DNA of 64,000 nt from Candidatus Levyibacteriota bacterium (GTDB lineage Bacteria > Patescibacteriota > Microgenomatia > Levybacterales > UBA12049): assembly GCA_963790825.1 (NCBI GenBank), contig CAWBPM010000004.1:94987-158986 (forward strand), read 5' to 3'. Positions 9,115-18,400 of this stretch are shown here, one piece after another. The translations under genes were made by a program, and so were the position numbers. How positions within the stretch are numbered: the first letter of the stretch is position 1; each line of letters opens with the position of its first letter. A model generated the notes under the pieces. That model was not told where the DNA came from and did no database searches. It saw only the letters and a program-made list of their open reading frames with translations.

Positions 9115-9159
9115 CACTTCAGCAAGCTCAGTACTTCGATCATTAAGATTGCCATAATA

Positions 9160-9212
9160 GTGGCGAGATGAGAGGTGGTGAGCCCGTCGTACCAAATCTC
9201 GCCCTCTCCGCC
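9160..9212 (+). repeat. Degenerate duplicate of the tRNA-Ser(UGA) 3' end (AATCTCGCCCTCTCCGC) inside a short hairpin
   Basis: 17-19 nt identical to tRNA positions about 9098-9116, repeated about 95 nt downstream and embedded in a GGCGAGAT...ATCTCGCC inverted repeat. Confidence 0.35.
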
Positions 9213-9259
9213 AAGTAATCCCGCTTCATTTTTAGGACAGAGTGGATGACTTTAGAACT

Positions 9260-9856
9260 TTAGGGGTAAGTTACTAGATAGTGCACAGGGCATGGATACG
9301 GATATATTTTTATCAAATGTTTTTTGTTTAAATCAAGAATTTTACTGCCATTCTTTATTTTCTTATTTGCAAACACACAATCAAAATCAACAATTAGTAT
9401 TTTTTTATCTTTATTCTTTAAAATATATTTCTCTAGTAACTTAACCGCACGAGATTGATTAAATTGCACGCTATTCCAGGCATCCATAGATTGATAAAAT
9501 TTACTAATATTTGGAAAATAAGATTGACTCCAAAGAAGGACTAACTTATTAGTTGAAAAAGGGATTATTTCATCACTTGAATAATTTTTATTACTTGATA
9601 CATAAATCATGGCATTTTGGTCAAACGAGCCAATTCTATATATACCAATCATATATATAAATATTAGCTGACTACCAAGAAAACATAATAATATTGATAA
9701 ATAAACGTAAACATTAATAATTAAAAATACTTTATAAGAATAAACTTTTATATTGTGTAAAATAATAGTTACTACTTTTATAAGAAAGATACATGAAGTT
9801 AACGAAAAGAAACAGAGTAAGTGAGTAAAGTGTTTTGTAAAAATAATAACTAACAT
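9260..9856 (-). CDS. Hypothetical protein; possibly the C-terminal soluble domain of the upstream membrane protein separated by a frameshift
   Basis: ORF track. Overlaps the 3' end of 9732..11162 by 125 nt in another frame. Hydrophobic N-terminal part, then a soluble tail. Extremely AT-rich. Confidence 0.3.
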   Translation of the reverse strand: MLVIIFTKHFTHLLCFFSLTSCIFLIKVVTIILHNIKVYSYKVFLIINVYVYLSILLCFLGSQLIFIYMIGIYRIGSFDQNAMIYVSSNKNYSSDEIIPFSTNKLVLLWSQSYFPNISKFYQSMDAWNSVQFNQSRAVKLLEKYILKNKDKKILIVDFDCVFANKKIKNGSKILDLNKKHLIKIYPYPCPVHYLVTYP

Positions 9857-11162
9857 GCCCCGCAGTTACCATTTGTAGGATAAATATTAGAAAAGAATAT
9901 CCTCCGGAGAATATAATAGAAAGCAGTAAATAGATATTTCCTTTGTTTTTTTTATTAAAAAATACATAACCTATTGCTATTAACAATAAAACAGTAAGTA
10001 TTTGTATGCTAATGCTGAACACTCCTCCCGGTGAATTAAAAGCATTTATAATCCCATCAATATTACTAGCTGCTATGTCTCTCAGATTATAAACAATTGG
10101 GATAAGAGAGCCAATAATCCCTGCAATAAATATCATTAGCATTTTTTTATTAATGTTCTTATAGAGATAATAAACACAAAGGGCTGATGAAACAGGTGTT
10201 AATACCCACCAACTTGCAGAAATTGCGAAATTTAAAAGCATAATAAATACGAACCTGGAAGTACTATGGTCCTTTTTGGAATTCTCAAGAATATAAAGTA
10301 ATAATATAAGGAAAATAAATGATGTAATTTGTGCAAAAAATCCAAAATAAAATAAGCTCAGTATTATAAATCCAAAAATAAACAAAAATAGGAAAGGGAT
10401 TGTAATTATTTTTATGGAAAATTCTCTAGACCTATCAATATATTTATCTACAAGTAGTCCAAATATATATAAAAATACTCCAATGAGAAAAAATGAGAAA
10501 ATATAATAATAATTTGAAAGAAATAAAATATTATCTTGATTTATATCTTGCTTAAAAAATAAAAAAGTTATGGCGGTATTAACATAGAACCCTGGAGGAT
10601 AAGCTAAAATCGATGTAGGTCCTAATATATTGTAAAGAAAATGGGTACCATAAAGCAGTTCTTTTCGCTCGACTGCCAATTTTACCATTGCGAAATGAAC
10701 TCCCCCATCCCAATCTGTCATAACTGGTAATCTATTACCGTTACCGTAATGACTAATACCTGAGAAAAAAACAGCAAATATTAAAACTGGTGTTGTTAAA
10801 TATAATAGATCTTCTTTCGTGCATATCTTGTCTACAGAAAACTTCTTCTTAATAAAAAGTAAATATAAACCCACAATAAATATATATAAAGTACCGATAT
10901 AAATAGGATAAAGTGGGATGTGGAAAAAGAAAAAAATAAATGCCAGTACTATATTTACAGCCAAGAATGTAACGAAAGCGATTACAAGCCTTTTAACTAA
11001 ACTCCAATCATTTGGAAAAGCAAAAGCAATTAAAAACAGGGCCAATAACAACAAAATAATTGTAAATTTCAATCCACAAATGTAGAGCAAAAAAATAATC
11101 AGTAATTTCTTGTTCTTGGATTTTATAATAGATTTGCTGTTGTTTAGCTTTTTATTTGTCAT
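9732..11162 (-). CDS. Polytopic membrane protein, putative lipid-linked-sugar (GT-C/GtrC-like) glycosyltransferase
   Basis: 476 aa with more than 10 predicted TM helices and no soluble catalytic domain. Sits divergently from a GtrB/ArnC-like GT2 plus a small membrane protein, the classic three-gene glycan-modification layout. ATG confirmed at 11160-11162. Confidence 0.5.
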   Translation of the reverse strand: MTNKKLNNSKSIIKSKNKKLLIIFLLYICGLKFTIILLLLALFLIAFAFPNDWSLVKRLVIAFVTFLAVNIVLAFIFFFFHIPLYPIYIGTLYIFIVGLYLLFIKKKFSVDKICTKEDLLYLTTPVLIFAVFFSGISHYGNGNRLPVMTDWDGGVHFAMVKLAVERKELLYGTHFLYNILGPTSILAYPPGFYVNTAITFLFFKQDINQDNILFLSNYYYIFSFFLIGVFLYIFGLLVDKYIDRSREFSIKIITIPFLFLFIFGFIILSLFYFGFFAQITSFIFLILLLYILENSKKDHSTSRFVFIMLLNFAISASWWVLTPVSSALCVYYLYKNINKKMLMIFIAGIIGSLIPIVYNLRDIAASNIDGIINAFNSPGGVFSISIQILTVLLLIAIGYVFFNKKNKGNIYLLLSIIFSGGYSFLIFILQMVTAGHVSYYFYKTLYSLTLFLFVNFMYLSYKSSNYYFTQYKSLFL

Positions 11163-11358
11163 ATAAGGACATCTATTTAGGTTAATTTCGCATTTTTCGC
11201 ATTTATAGTATATAAAGACAGGAATTTTCTTGATTACACCAATACTTTACATAAATCGAACGGGCTATTCTCAAATTCATATCTAACTTCTAATTTCTTG
11301 GGTGGCATTCTTTTTAATATACTATATTTATATGGTAGAATACAATTCAGCTGAGTTT

Positions 11359-12033
11359 ATGATAAAGAAAAAAATATTTATTATTATTCCGGTATTTAAT
11401 GAGGAATCTGTATTGAGAGATATAATTAATAAGGTAAGAAAAGAAGGCTATACTAACATTTTAGTTATTGATGATGGGTCTACAGACAATTCTTATGGGG
11501 TTGCAAAAAAACAGAAAGTAATTGTATTAAGACATTTAATTAATAGAGGAAAAGGTGCAGCGATTAAGACTGGTTTTGAAGCGGCTAAAATACTTAATGC
11601 ATCTGCTGTGGTTACATTTGATGGAGACGGACAGCATAGCCCAAATGATATTACTAATTTAATCAAAAAAGTGAATGCTGGCTACGATGTAGTGCTAGGC
11701 ACAAGAAGTATGAATATAAAAACCATGCCTTTTATTAAGCTCCTTGCCAACTTTACAGCAAATTTTATTACCATGATGATATATGGTTTGTGGGTACACG
11801 ATAGTCAATGTGGGCTTAGAGCTTATTCAAAAAAAGCGCTCTCGTTAATTAATACAAAAAATGACAGATATGAGTATGACAGCGAGATAATTAGGGAGAT
11901 ATCAAGACATAAGTTGCGATATACCGAAGTACCTATCCAGGTTCACTACACAAGATATTCAACAACTAAAGTATATAAACAATCTTTGCCTAACGGAATT
12001 AGAGCCGTGACAAAAATGATTCTTTCTCTATAG
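11359..12033 (+). CDS. GT2 polyprenyl-phosphate glycosyltransferase (GtrB/ArnC/DPM1-like)
   Basis: IIPVFNEESVL...VIDDGSTDNS...LINRGKGAAIKTGF...FDGDGQH, the DXD/GT-A signature of Und-P sugar transferases. Track start 11302 is GTG, trimmed to ATG (MIKKKIFIIIPVFNE). Confidence 0.75.
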   Translation: MIKKKIFIIIPVFNEESVLRDIINKVRKEGYTNILVIDDGSTDNSYGVAKKQKVIVLRHLINRGKGAAIKTGFEAAKILNASAVVTFDGDGQHSPNDITNLIKKVNAGYDVVLGTRSMNIKTMPFIKLLANFTANFITMMIYGLWVHDSQCGLRAYSKKALSLINTKNDRYEYDSEIIREISRHKLRYTEVPIQVHYTRYSTTKVYKQSLPNGIRAVTKMILSL

Positions 12034-12036
12034 AAT

Positions 12037-12396
12037 ATGATTTCAGATTTTCCTATTTATCGAATAATTGTTATTTTAATTTCTTTATATTTTTTGGTTT
12101 CTGGATTTTATAAGTTCTTTAAGAGAGAGCACTATCAGTCTTTATTTAAATTACTAGTAACTTTAATTGTTTGGGGAGGAATACTGATCTTTATTTCAAC
12201 ACCGAATATTACACATTTCATATCAAAAAAACTGGGTCTGGGGGAAAACTTAAATACATTAATTTTTACAGGTTTTATTTTAGTTTTTATTTTATTGTTT
12301 AAATTAATAAATATTATTGAGAAGGTCGAAAGAGATATTACGGATATTGTCAGAAAAGAAGCAATTAAAAAAATAGGGGCTAAAAGTAATGAGTAA
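12037..12396 (+). CDS. Small membrane protein partner of the GT2 (GtrA/DUF2304-like position)
   Basis: 119 aa with 2-3 TM helices, immediately downstream (4 nt gap) of the GT2. Confidence 0.45.
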   Translation: MISDFPIYRIIVILISLYFLVSGFYKFFKREHYQSLFKLLVTLIVWGGILIFISTPNITHFISKKLGLGENLNTLIFTGFILVFILLFKLINIIEKVERDITDIVRKEAIKKIGAKSNE

Positions 12397-13486
12397 AAAA
12401 GCGCTTAATATTTGTTTTATATTAGAGCATTATTATCCTCATGTCGGGGGGGCAGAAATCATCTTTAAAGAGTATATAACAAGGTTGTCGAAACTTGGTC
12501 AGAACGTAAATGTGATAACAAGCAACTCAGGTGGCATAGAAGGCATATCTGTTATTGATGGGATAAAAGTCCATGGCCATAAATGGAAATCATTTTTCGG
12601 GCATCCAGTTCCAAATATAAATGATATCGAGAAGGCTATTCAAGAAGCAGATATAGTTCATACTGCAACATACACAGCAGGGCCAATTGCACAACGTATT
12701 GCAAAGAAGTACAGCAAGCCCTGTGTTATTACTGTATATGAAGTATTAGGGAGAAAGTGGTTATGGGTGGAAAGTAATCTAATTTTGGCATTATGTTATC
12801 TATTTTTTGAAAAATATGTTATCAGTAGACCGTATACTGCTTATCACGCTATATCTCATGCTACTGAAAAGGATTTAATTAATTGTGGGGTTAAGAGAAA
12901 AAAAATAGTTACAATCTATCCCGGCGTGGATATAAAGGATCGTAAAAGAGTACTGTCTACTTCGAAAAACAAATATTTTTTGTATTTTGGGAGACCCGGG
13001 AAAACAAAGGGTATATTTATTTTATTTAATGCTTTTAAGAAAATACATAAAGAATTAAATAATTACAAACTCTTGTATATACTAAGCAATGATCCTTTAA
13101 GTGAGAAGCAAAAGTTGAAAAGGTTAGTTAAAAAAGATAACTTGACAAATCAAATTAAGATAATTGACTCTGTTTCTAAAAAAAAATTAATTAGAATCAT
13201 CCAAAAATCGTTTTGTGTTGTGGTGCCATCAATTACAGAAGGATTTGGCTTAAGTGCATTAGAGTCATGCATACTAGGTGCTCCAATAATTGCAAGTGAC
13301 GCAGGTTCACTACCAGAAGTGGTATATGGAAGAAAAGTATTATTTTTTAAAAACCGCGATATTGATGATTTAACAAATAAAATTAAAAAGGCTATTTATG
13401 GAGAATACGAAATAGTTAGTAAAAAAAACTTTTCATGGAATAAGTCTGTAAATTACTTAGCAGATTTATATATAAAATCATCATGA
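12389..13486 (+). CDS. Glycosyltransferase family 4 (GT-B, Glycos_transf_1)
   Basis: C-terminal EGFGLSALESCILGAPIIASDAGSLPEVV motif (E-X7-E region of GT4). Confidence 0.7.
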   Translation: MSKKALNICFILEHYYPHVGGAEIIFKEYITRLSKLGQNVNVITSNSGGIEGISVIDGIKVHGHKWKSFFGHPVPNINDIEKAIQEADIVHTATYTAGPIAQRIAKKYSKPCVITVYEVLGRKWLWVESNLILALCYLFFEKYVISRPYTAYHAISHATEKDLINCGVKRKKIVTIYPGVDIKDRKRVLSTSKNKYFLYFGRPGKTKGIFILFNAFKKIHKELNNYKLLYILSNDPLSEKQKLKRLVKKDNLTNQIKIIDSVSKKKLIRIIQKSFCVVVPSITEGFGLSALESCILGAPIIASDAGSLPEVVYGRKVLFFKNRDIDDLTNKIKKAIYGEYEIVSKKNFSWNKSVNYLADLYIKSS

Positions 13487-14652
13487 AAAAGTCAATTTAT
13501 TGGCACTTTCCACATTTCCTATATTGGATGGGTGGTACAAGATTTTTATTAGATATAGCTCAACGATTTAATGATAGTAATTTAGAACTTATTTTTATAT
13601 GCAATAATGGTAATGACAGTATTATAAATACTTTTAGGAAAAATAACAAAGTAATTACAACTTCATTTTTAACAACAAATTCGATATTTTATTGGCTTTT
13701 ATTTCCAATTTTTATTATTTGGGATATAATTATATCCTCTTTCTATTTGAGTAAAGCTGATTATATAATTGCAACTGCTTTTCCATCCAATTTAATTTGC
13801 GCCGTTTACTCTTTTATTCTTAATAAAAAATATTATTTCTATTGCTATGAACCGTTTATCTTTTTTCATAATAGAGATTTTATTAATAGGCTACCTCTGG
13901 CTAAAAAATTATTTGTTAAATTTTTAGCATTACTCTATGGAAACTTAGATATGTTGGCTTCAAAAAAAGCATATAAAATATTTACTATTGATGCTTTTAA
14001 GGCACAGGAAATACAATTAGTATATAACGTAAAACCAATAATTACATCCCTAGGAGTAGACACTAACCATTTTCGTTTTATAAATAATAAAAAAATAAAC
14101 AATTTATTTAAGGGAAGACCAATTATATTACATTCTACGGATTATACAGAATTAAAAAGAACAGATTTAGCCATCATGGCATTTAATGAATTAGTTAAAA
14201 AGATACCAAATATTATATTATTAATCACCTCTACTCAGCCAAATTCTCCTAATAAGAAAAAATATCAAAATTTAGTTAAGACTTTACATTTACAAGAAAA
14301 TGTAAAGTTTCTAGGAACAATACCCTATAAAGAATTACCTTTATATTATTCATCAGCAATTTGTTATATATCCAGTTGTCATGATAAAATAACTGCGGGC
14401 AATTGGCCAGTAAAAGAATCGTTAGCTTGCGAAACACCAGCCATTAGATCCCCTATTGCCACAAGGGATGTCATAGATGGTATATCGGGTTTTTTGGTTG
14501 ACCCCAAAAACATCAAGTTGGTAGCAAATAAAATCGAATTTCTCGTAAAAAATCCAAATCTTGCACACAATATGGGAAAACAAGGCAGAAAGTTCATACG
14601 TAAAGAATACAATTGGGATAACATTATAAACAAAATATTAATTAATTTATAG
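13483..14652 (+). CDS. Glycosyltransferase family 4-like
   Basis: C-terminal KESLACETPAIRSPIATRDVIDGISGFLV resembles the GT4 nucleotide-sugar binding region. Overlaps the previous gene by 4 nt. Confidence 0.6.
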   Translation: MKKSIYWHFPHFLYWMGGTRFLLDIAQRFNDSNLELIFICNNGNDSIINTFRKNNKVITTSFLTTNSIFYWLLFPIFIIWDIIISSFYLSKADYIIATAFPSNLICAVYSFILNKKYYFYCYEPFIFFHNRDFINRLPLAKKLFVKFLALLYGNLDMLASKKAYKIFTIDAFKAQEIQLVYNVKPIITSLGVDTNHFRFINNKKINNLFKGRPIILHSTDYTELKRTDLAIMAFNELVKKIPNIILLITSTQPNSPNKKKYQNLVKTLHLQENVKFLGTIPYKELPLYYSSAICYISSCHDKITAGNWPVKESLACETPAIRSPIATRDVIDGISGFLVDPKNIKLVANKIEFLVKNPNLAHNMGKQGRKFIRKEYNWDNIINKILINL

Positions 14653-14675
14653 AAAATATTGTATATTTTATTACG

Positions 14676-15302
14676 ATGCTTAAAAATGTAATTATTATTG
14701 GATCAGGCGGCCATGCGAAAGTAGTTATAGATATTTTAAATATAAATGCAAATTATAAAATCATTGGCTGCATTTCAAAAGATCCTCCAGAAAAACATAT
14801 ATTAAATATTCCCATATTGGGAAATGATGATATTATTCCCGAATTATTCCAAAAAGGTATAACAAACGTATTTATAGCAATTGGAGAAAATAAACTAAGA
14901 TTGAAGCTGGCGGAGTATCTGACCAAGATGGGTTTTAATATTATAAATGTAATTAGTAATGACTCTAATATATCAACAACTGTTAGCCTCGGAAAAGGTA
15001 TTGTGGTTATGCCGGGTGCTAGTATAAACGTTGATACAGTAATCTCAGACTATTCTATTATTAATACAAATTCTTCAGTAGACCATGATTGTTTTATCGG
15101 TAAAGCAATACATATTGCTCCTGGGTCAAATTTAGCTGGTAATGTAAGCGTAGGGGAAGGATCGTTTCTTGGGATAGGATGTGTTGTCACCCCAGGGATA
15201 TCAATTAATGAGTGGACAACCGTAGGTGCAGGAAGCGTTGTAATTAAGAATCTCGAGTCTCATTCGGTTTATGTAGGAAATCCTGCAAAGAAAATAAAAT
15301 GA
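14676..15302 (+). CDS. Sugar N-acetyltransferase, NeuD/PglD/WbpD hexapeptide-repeat family
   Basis: N-terminal Rossmann-like IIIGSGGHAKVVIDIL, then a left-handed beta-helix hexapeptide region (IGKAIHIAPGSNLAGNVSVGEGSFLGIGCVV). Confidence 0.7.
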   Translation: MLKNVIIIGSGGHAKVVIDILNINANYKIIGCISKDPPEKHILNIPILGNDDIIPELFQKGITNVFIAIGENKLRLKLAEYLTKMGFNIINVISNDSNISTTVSLGKGIVVMPGASINVDTVISDYSIINTNSSVDHDCFIGKAIHIAPGSNLAGNVSVGEGSFLGIGCVVTPGISINEWTTVGAGSVVIKNLESHSVYVGNPAKKIK

Positions 15303-16447
15303 CTAATTATATGAAAACTAAAAAATACATAAGTATCGCATGTCCAACACTTAACGGTAATGAAAAAAAATATGTAAATGATTGTCTTGATACCGTGTGG
15401 ATATCTTCTATAGGTAAATATATAAATAAATTTGAAGAAGAATTTGCAAAGTATTGCGGAGTTAAACATGCAATTGTGTGCAGTAACGGAACCGTAGCAT
15501 TGCACTTACCCTTACTTGCTTATGATATAAAGCCCGGAGATGAGATAGTGCTTCCCACATTAACATATATAGCAACAGCAAATGTCGTTAAATATTGTGG
15601 AGCCACACCTGTTTTAGTTGATAGCGAAAAGGATGCATGGAACATAGACCCCACAAAGATAGAAGAAAAAATTACAAATCGTACAAAGGGAATTATTGTT
15701 GTGCATCTTTATGGACATCCCGTAGATATGGATCCTATTCTAAAACTCGCAAAAAAATATAATTTATTTATCATTGAAGATGCATCAGAAGCTCACGGAG
15801 CAGAATATAAAAATAGAAAGGTAGGATCGATTGGCAACGTTGGAACATTTAGTTTTTATGGAAACAAAATAATCACCGCTGGCGAAGGCGGAATGGTAGT
15901 AACAAATAGTAATACGCTTGCAGGTAAAGTAAGACTATTAAAAGGGCAGGGTATGGATCCAAAACACCGATATTGGTTTCCTATAATTGGATACAATTAC
16001 CGAATGACTAATATTCAGGCTGCAATTGGATTAGCACAATTAGAAAAAATTGACTGGCATATGAAAAAGAGAGAAATAATTGCTGAAAAATACCAAAGAC
16101 GCTTAAATAAACTTAAAGATTTTATAGAAACTCAAAAAGAAAAAGCTTGGGCACATCACGCTTATTGGATGTTTAATATCGTCTTGAAAAGCAATTTAAA
16201 TATCTCTAGGGATTCGTTTATGAAAAAATTAGAAGAGAAAGGTATTGAAACACGACCCATATTCTACCCCATGCACATAATGCCTCCTTATCTCGATAAG
16301 CTTTGTAAATATCCTGTTGCCGATTATGTATCATCAAGAGGAATAAGTTTACCGTCTCATGCTAACTTAAATAATAAAGACATAGAATACGTTACCAATC
16401 AAATAGAACAAATAATCCAAAGTTGCTTAGGGAATCAAGTAAAATAA
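15299..16447 (+). CDS. DegT/DnrJ/EryC1/StrS-family PLP-dependent sugar aminotransferase
   Basis: GTFSFYGNKIITAGEGGMVVTN (PLP lysine region) and overall DegT architecture. Start overlaps the previous stop (ATGA). Confidence 0.8.
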   Translation: MTNYMKTKKYISIACPTLNGNEKKYVNDCLDTVWISSIGKYINKFEEEFAKYCGVKHAIVCSNGTVALHLPLLAYDIKPGDEIVLPTLTYIATANVVKYCGATPVLVDSEKDAWNIDPTKIEEKITNRTKGIIVVHLYGHPVDMDPILKLAKKYNLFIIEDASEAHGAEYKNRKVGSIGNVGTFSFYGNKIITAGEGGMVVTNSNTLAGKVRLLKGQGMDPKHRYWFPIIGYNYRMTNIQAAIGLAQLEKIDWHMKKREIIAEKYQRRLNKLKDFIETQKEKAWAHHAYWMFNIVLKSNLNISRDSFMKKLEEKGIETRPIFYPMHIMPPYLDKLCKYPVADYVSSRGISLPSHANLNNKDIEYVTNQIEQIIQSCLGNQVK

Positions 16448-16575
16448 TTAGAGATTCTATGCAATTCTAAAATTCATGGATAGTAAATTTACTAAAGCTT
16501 TTTTCATCACTCTCCTGGCAATTGCCCCTCCCCTCTCTTGACAACTCCCCGGAAATGTCCCACACTAGAGATATT

Positions 16576-18363
16576 ATGCGATCTGCCCTTGCGTATTTTA
16601 TGGGAAAAAAGTTCTTGTCTTTTTTGGCTGTCATTTTTTTTGCAGCTGTTTTTTTCTTCTCCCCAACATCCAGTTTTGCTCAAGCTACTGCTTCCTCTCA
16701 ACAGACCACACAGACACAAGCCGCAAACAATTATCTTTTCCCGAAAGTTGATCCGGGCGTTGAGCAGAATCAATCTACCTTTGTTCAAGCAATTTTCCTA
16801 GAATCGATGGCCGGAGTTATCTGTCAACTGGATGGAGTCGATCCCACCAATCCGACCCATGGCTGTTTAACGATTAATCCGCAGACACACGCCTTTACCT
16901 ATTCACCTCTCCCGCAAAATGGAAAAGTTGGCGGTCTCATAGGCTTCTCGACAGTTGCAATGGGCGGTCTATATACTCCTCCCGCCAGCAGCGGTGAGTA
17001 TTTTCGCGACTTGGCGTATAATTTCGGAATTGCCAAACCGGCTGAAGCATCCGGATTTGATCAACTGGTACCGCTTCTAAACATGTGGAAATTATCCAGA
17101 AACATTGCCTATCTCTTTCTGGTAATTGTATTCATTATTTTAGGCGTTATGATCATGCTTAGAGTAAAGGTAAATCCGCGGACCGTGATGACAGTGCAAA
17201 ACCAAATACCCAGAATTATTATCGGCATTCTCCTGATTACCTTCTCCTATGCAATCGCCGGACTACTGGTCGATGCGATGTGGGTTACCACTTATTTTGC
17301 GATTAATGAACTTTCAAATATTCCCCATGGCTCTGTCGGCGGAGGAGCAGCTACGGCAAGTATTCTAAACCATCCTCTTTCTTGGTTTAATGACGTCCTC
17401 AGCAATGCTCCAGTCCCTCCGGGCGCCTCCCGCGCGCCATACGACTGTGGCACTATTAACCTTCCGGGAGGAAGCATCCCCGTTAAAGGAATAGCGTGTC
17501 TTACGGGAAAAATAGGGGACAGTTTCACCACTCTTCTCTCAAATCTTATTTCACAAGTTACCGGATTTGATAATAATAATAAATGTAGTTTTACAGATCC
17601 CACGTCTTGGGTTACGGGGTGTTTATATAATTTTGTCTTCTGGCTTATACATTTCATCATAAATCTTATCATTCTTATTACTATAGTGATTCTCCTGTAT
17701 CGTGTTTGGTTTATGCTGCTTAAAGCTTACATACTTATTCTCATATACGTCGCAACAGGTCCCTTGTGGATTATTGCCGGCATGCTTCCGGGAAGTACTT
17801 TTGGTTTTATTCCTTGGATCAAGCGTCTTTTGGCGCACCTGCTGGTATTTCCCGGTGTTGTTGCGCTTATTATTTTCGGTTTGGATATTGCCTCATCTTT
17901 CTCGCAACAAACAGGGGGGACGAACGGGCTATTTATTCCTCCGCTGATTGGCAATGTCGCCAGTAACACTAGCCCTGTTGGTAATATCGGCTGGATGATC
18001 GCACTTGGCGTGCTGCTTTTAGCCCCTGAAGTCTTACAAATGCTGAAGGACGCATTCGGCTTAAAAAGAAATCCATACACCCCGGCAATCGCGCTCGGAC
18101 TGGCAGCGGGTGCTAATCCGCTCAACGCCGGAGCCAACGCAGGTTGGAGTAGACTGATGAGACCTGAGGATCAGATGCATAATGCAGGGGCAGCCAGACG
18201 GATGCTATTAACCGCTGCTAAACCAAGTACTACTGACAATAGATTCCAAAAGGTCGCAAGAGGCGTGTTAAAAACAGTGATAGTTCCAAATAAGTGGGAA
18301 ACAGGATCAAAGACAATACAACCACAACAACCTGTCCAAGGCCAAGGAGGAGGAACGCCATAA
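16576..18363 (+). CDS. VirB6/TrbL-like polytopic membrane protein with Sec signal peptide (putative T4SS inner-membrane channel component)
   Basis: Signal peptide MGKKFLSFLAVIFFAAVFFFSPTSSFA|QA, at least 6 TM helices in the central region, Gly/Ala/Pro-rich C-terminal tail. Track ORF starts at TTG 16522. Plausible ATGs at 16555, 16576 and 16600. Confidence 0.45.
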   Translation: MRSALAYFMGKKFLSFLAVIFFAAVFFFSPTSSFAQATASSQQTTQTQAANNYLFPKVDPGVEQNQSTFVQAIFLESMAGVICQLDGVDPTNPTHGCLTINPQTHAFTYSPLPQNGKVGGLIGFSTVAMGGLYTPPASSGEYFRDLAYNFGIAKPAEASGFDQLVPLLNMWKLSRNIAYLFLVIVFIILGVMIMLRVKVNPRTVMTVQNQIPRIIIGILLITFSYAIAGLLVDAMWVTTYFAINELSNIPHGSVGGGAATASILNHPLSWFNDVLSNAPVPPGASRAPYDCGTINLPGGSIPVKGIACLTGKIGDSFTTLLSNLISQVTGFDNNNKCSFTDPTSWVTGCLYNFVFWLIHFIINLIILITIVILLYRVWFMLLKAYILILIYVATGPLWIIAGMLPGSTFGFIPWIKRLLAHLLVFPGVVALIIFGLDIASSFSQQTGGTNGLFIPPLIGNVASNTSPVGNIGWMIALGVLLLAPEVLQMLKDAFGLKRNPYTPAIALGLAAGANPLNAGANAGWSRLMRPEDQMHNAGAARRMLLTAAKPSTTDNRFQKVARGVLKTVIVPNKWETGSKTIQPQQPVQGQGGGTP

Positions 18364-18400
18364 CCATAGTTTTCGCTACGTATCTTATACCTCTTTTTTA

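Noticed and set aside
8590-9155. Three overlapping track ORFs (8590..8976 -, 8793..9146 +, 8952..9155 -)
   Set aside because: They cover the tRNA-Ser(UGA) gene and the tRNA-fragment repeats. They have no protein-like features and conflict with each other and with the better-supported membrane protein 8151..8861.
16507-16801. ORFs 16507..16788 (-) and 16538..16801 (+)
   Set aside because: They overlap the 5' end of the VirB6-like gene, and only the VirB6-like frame yields a signal peptide followed by TM helices.
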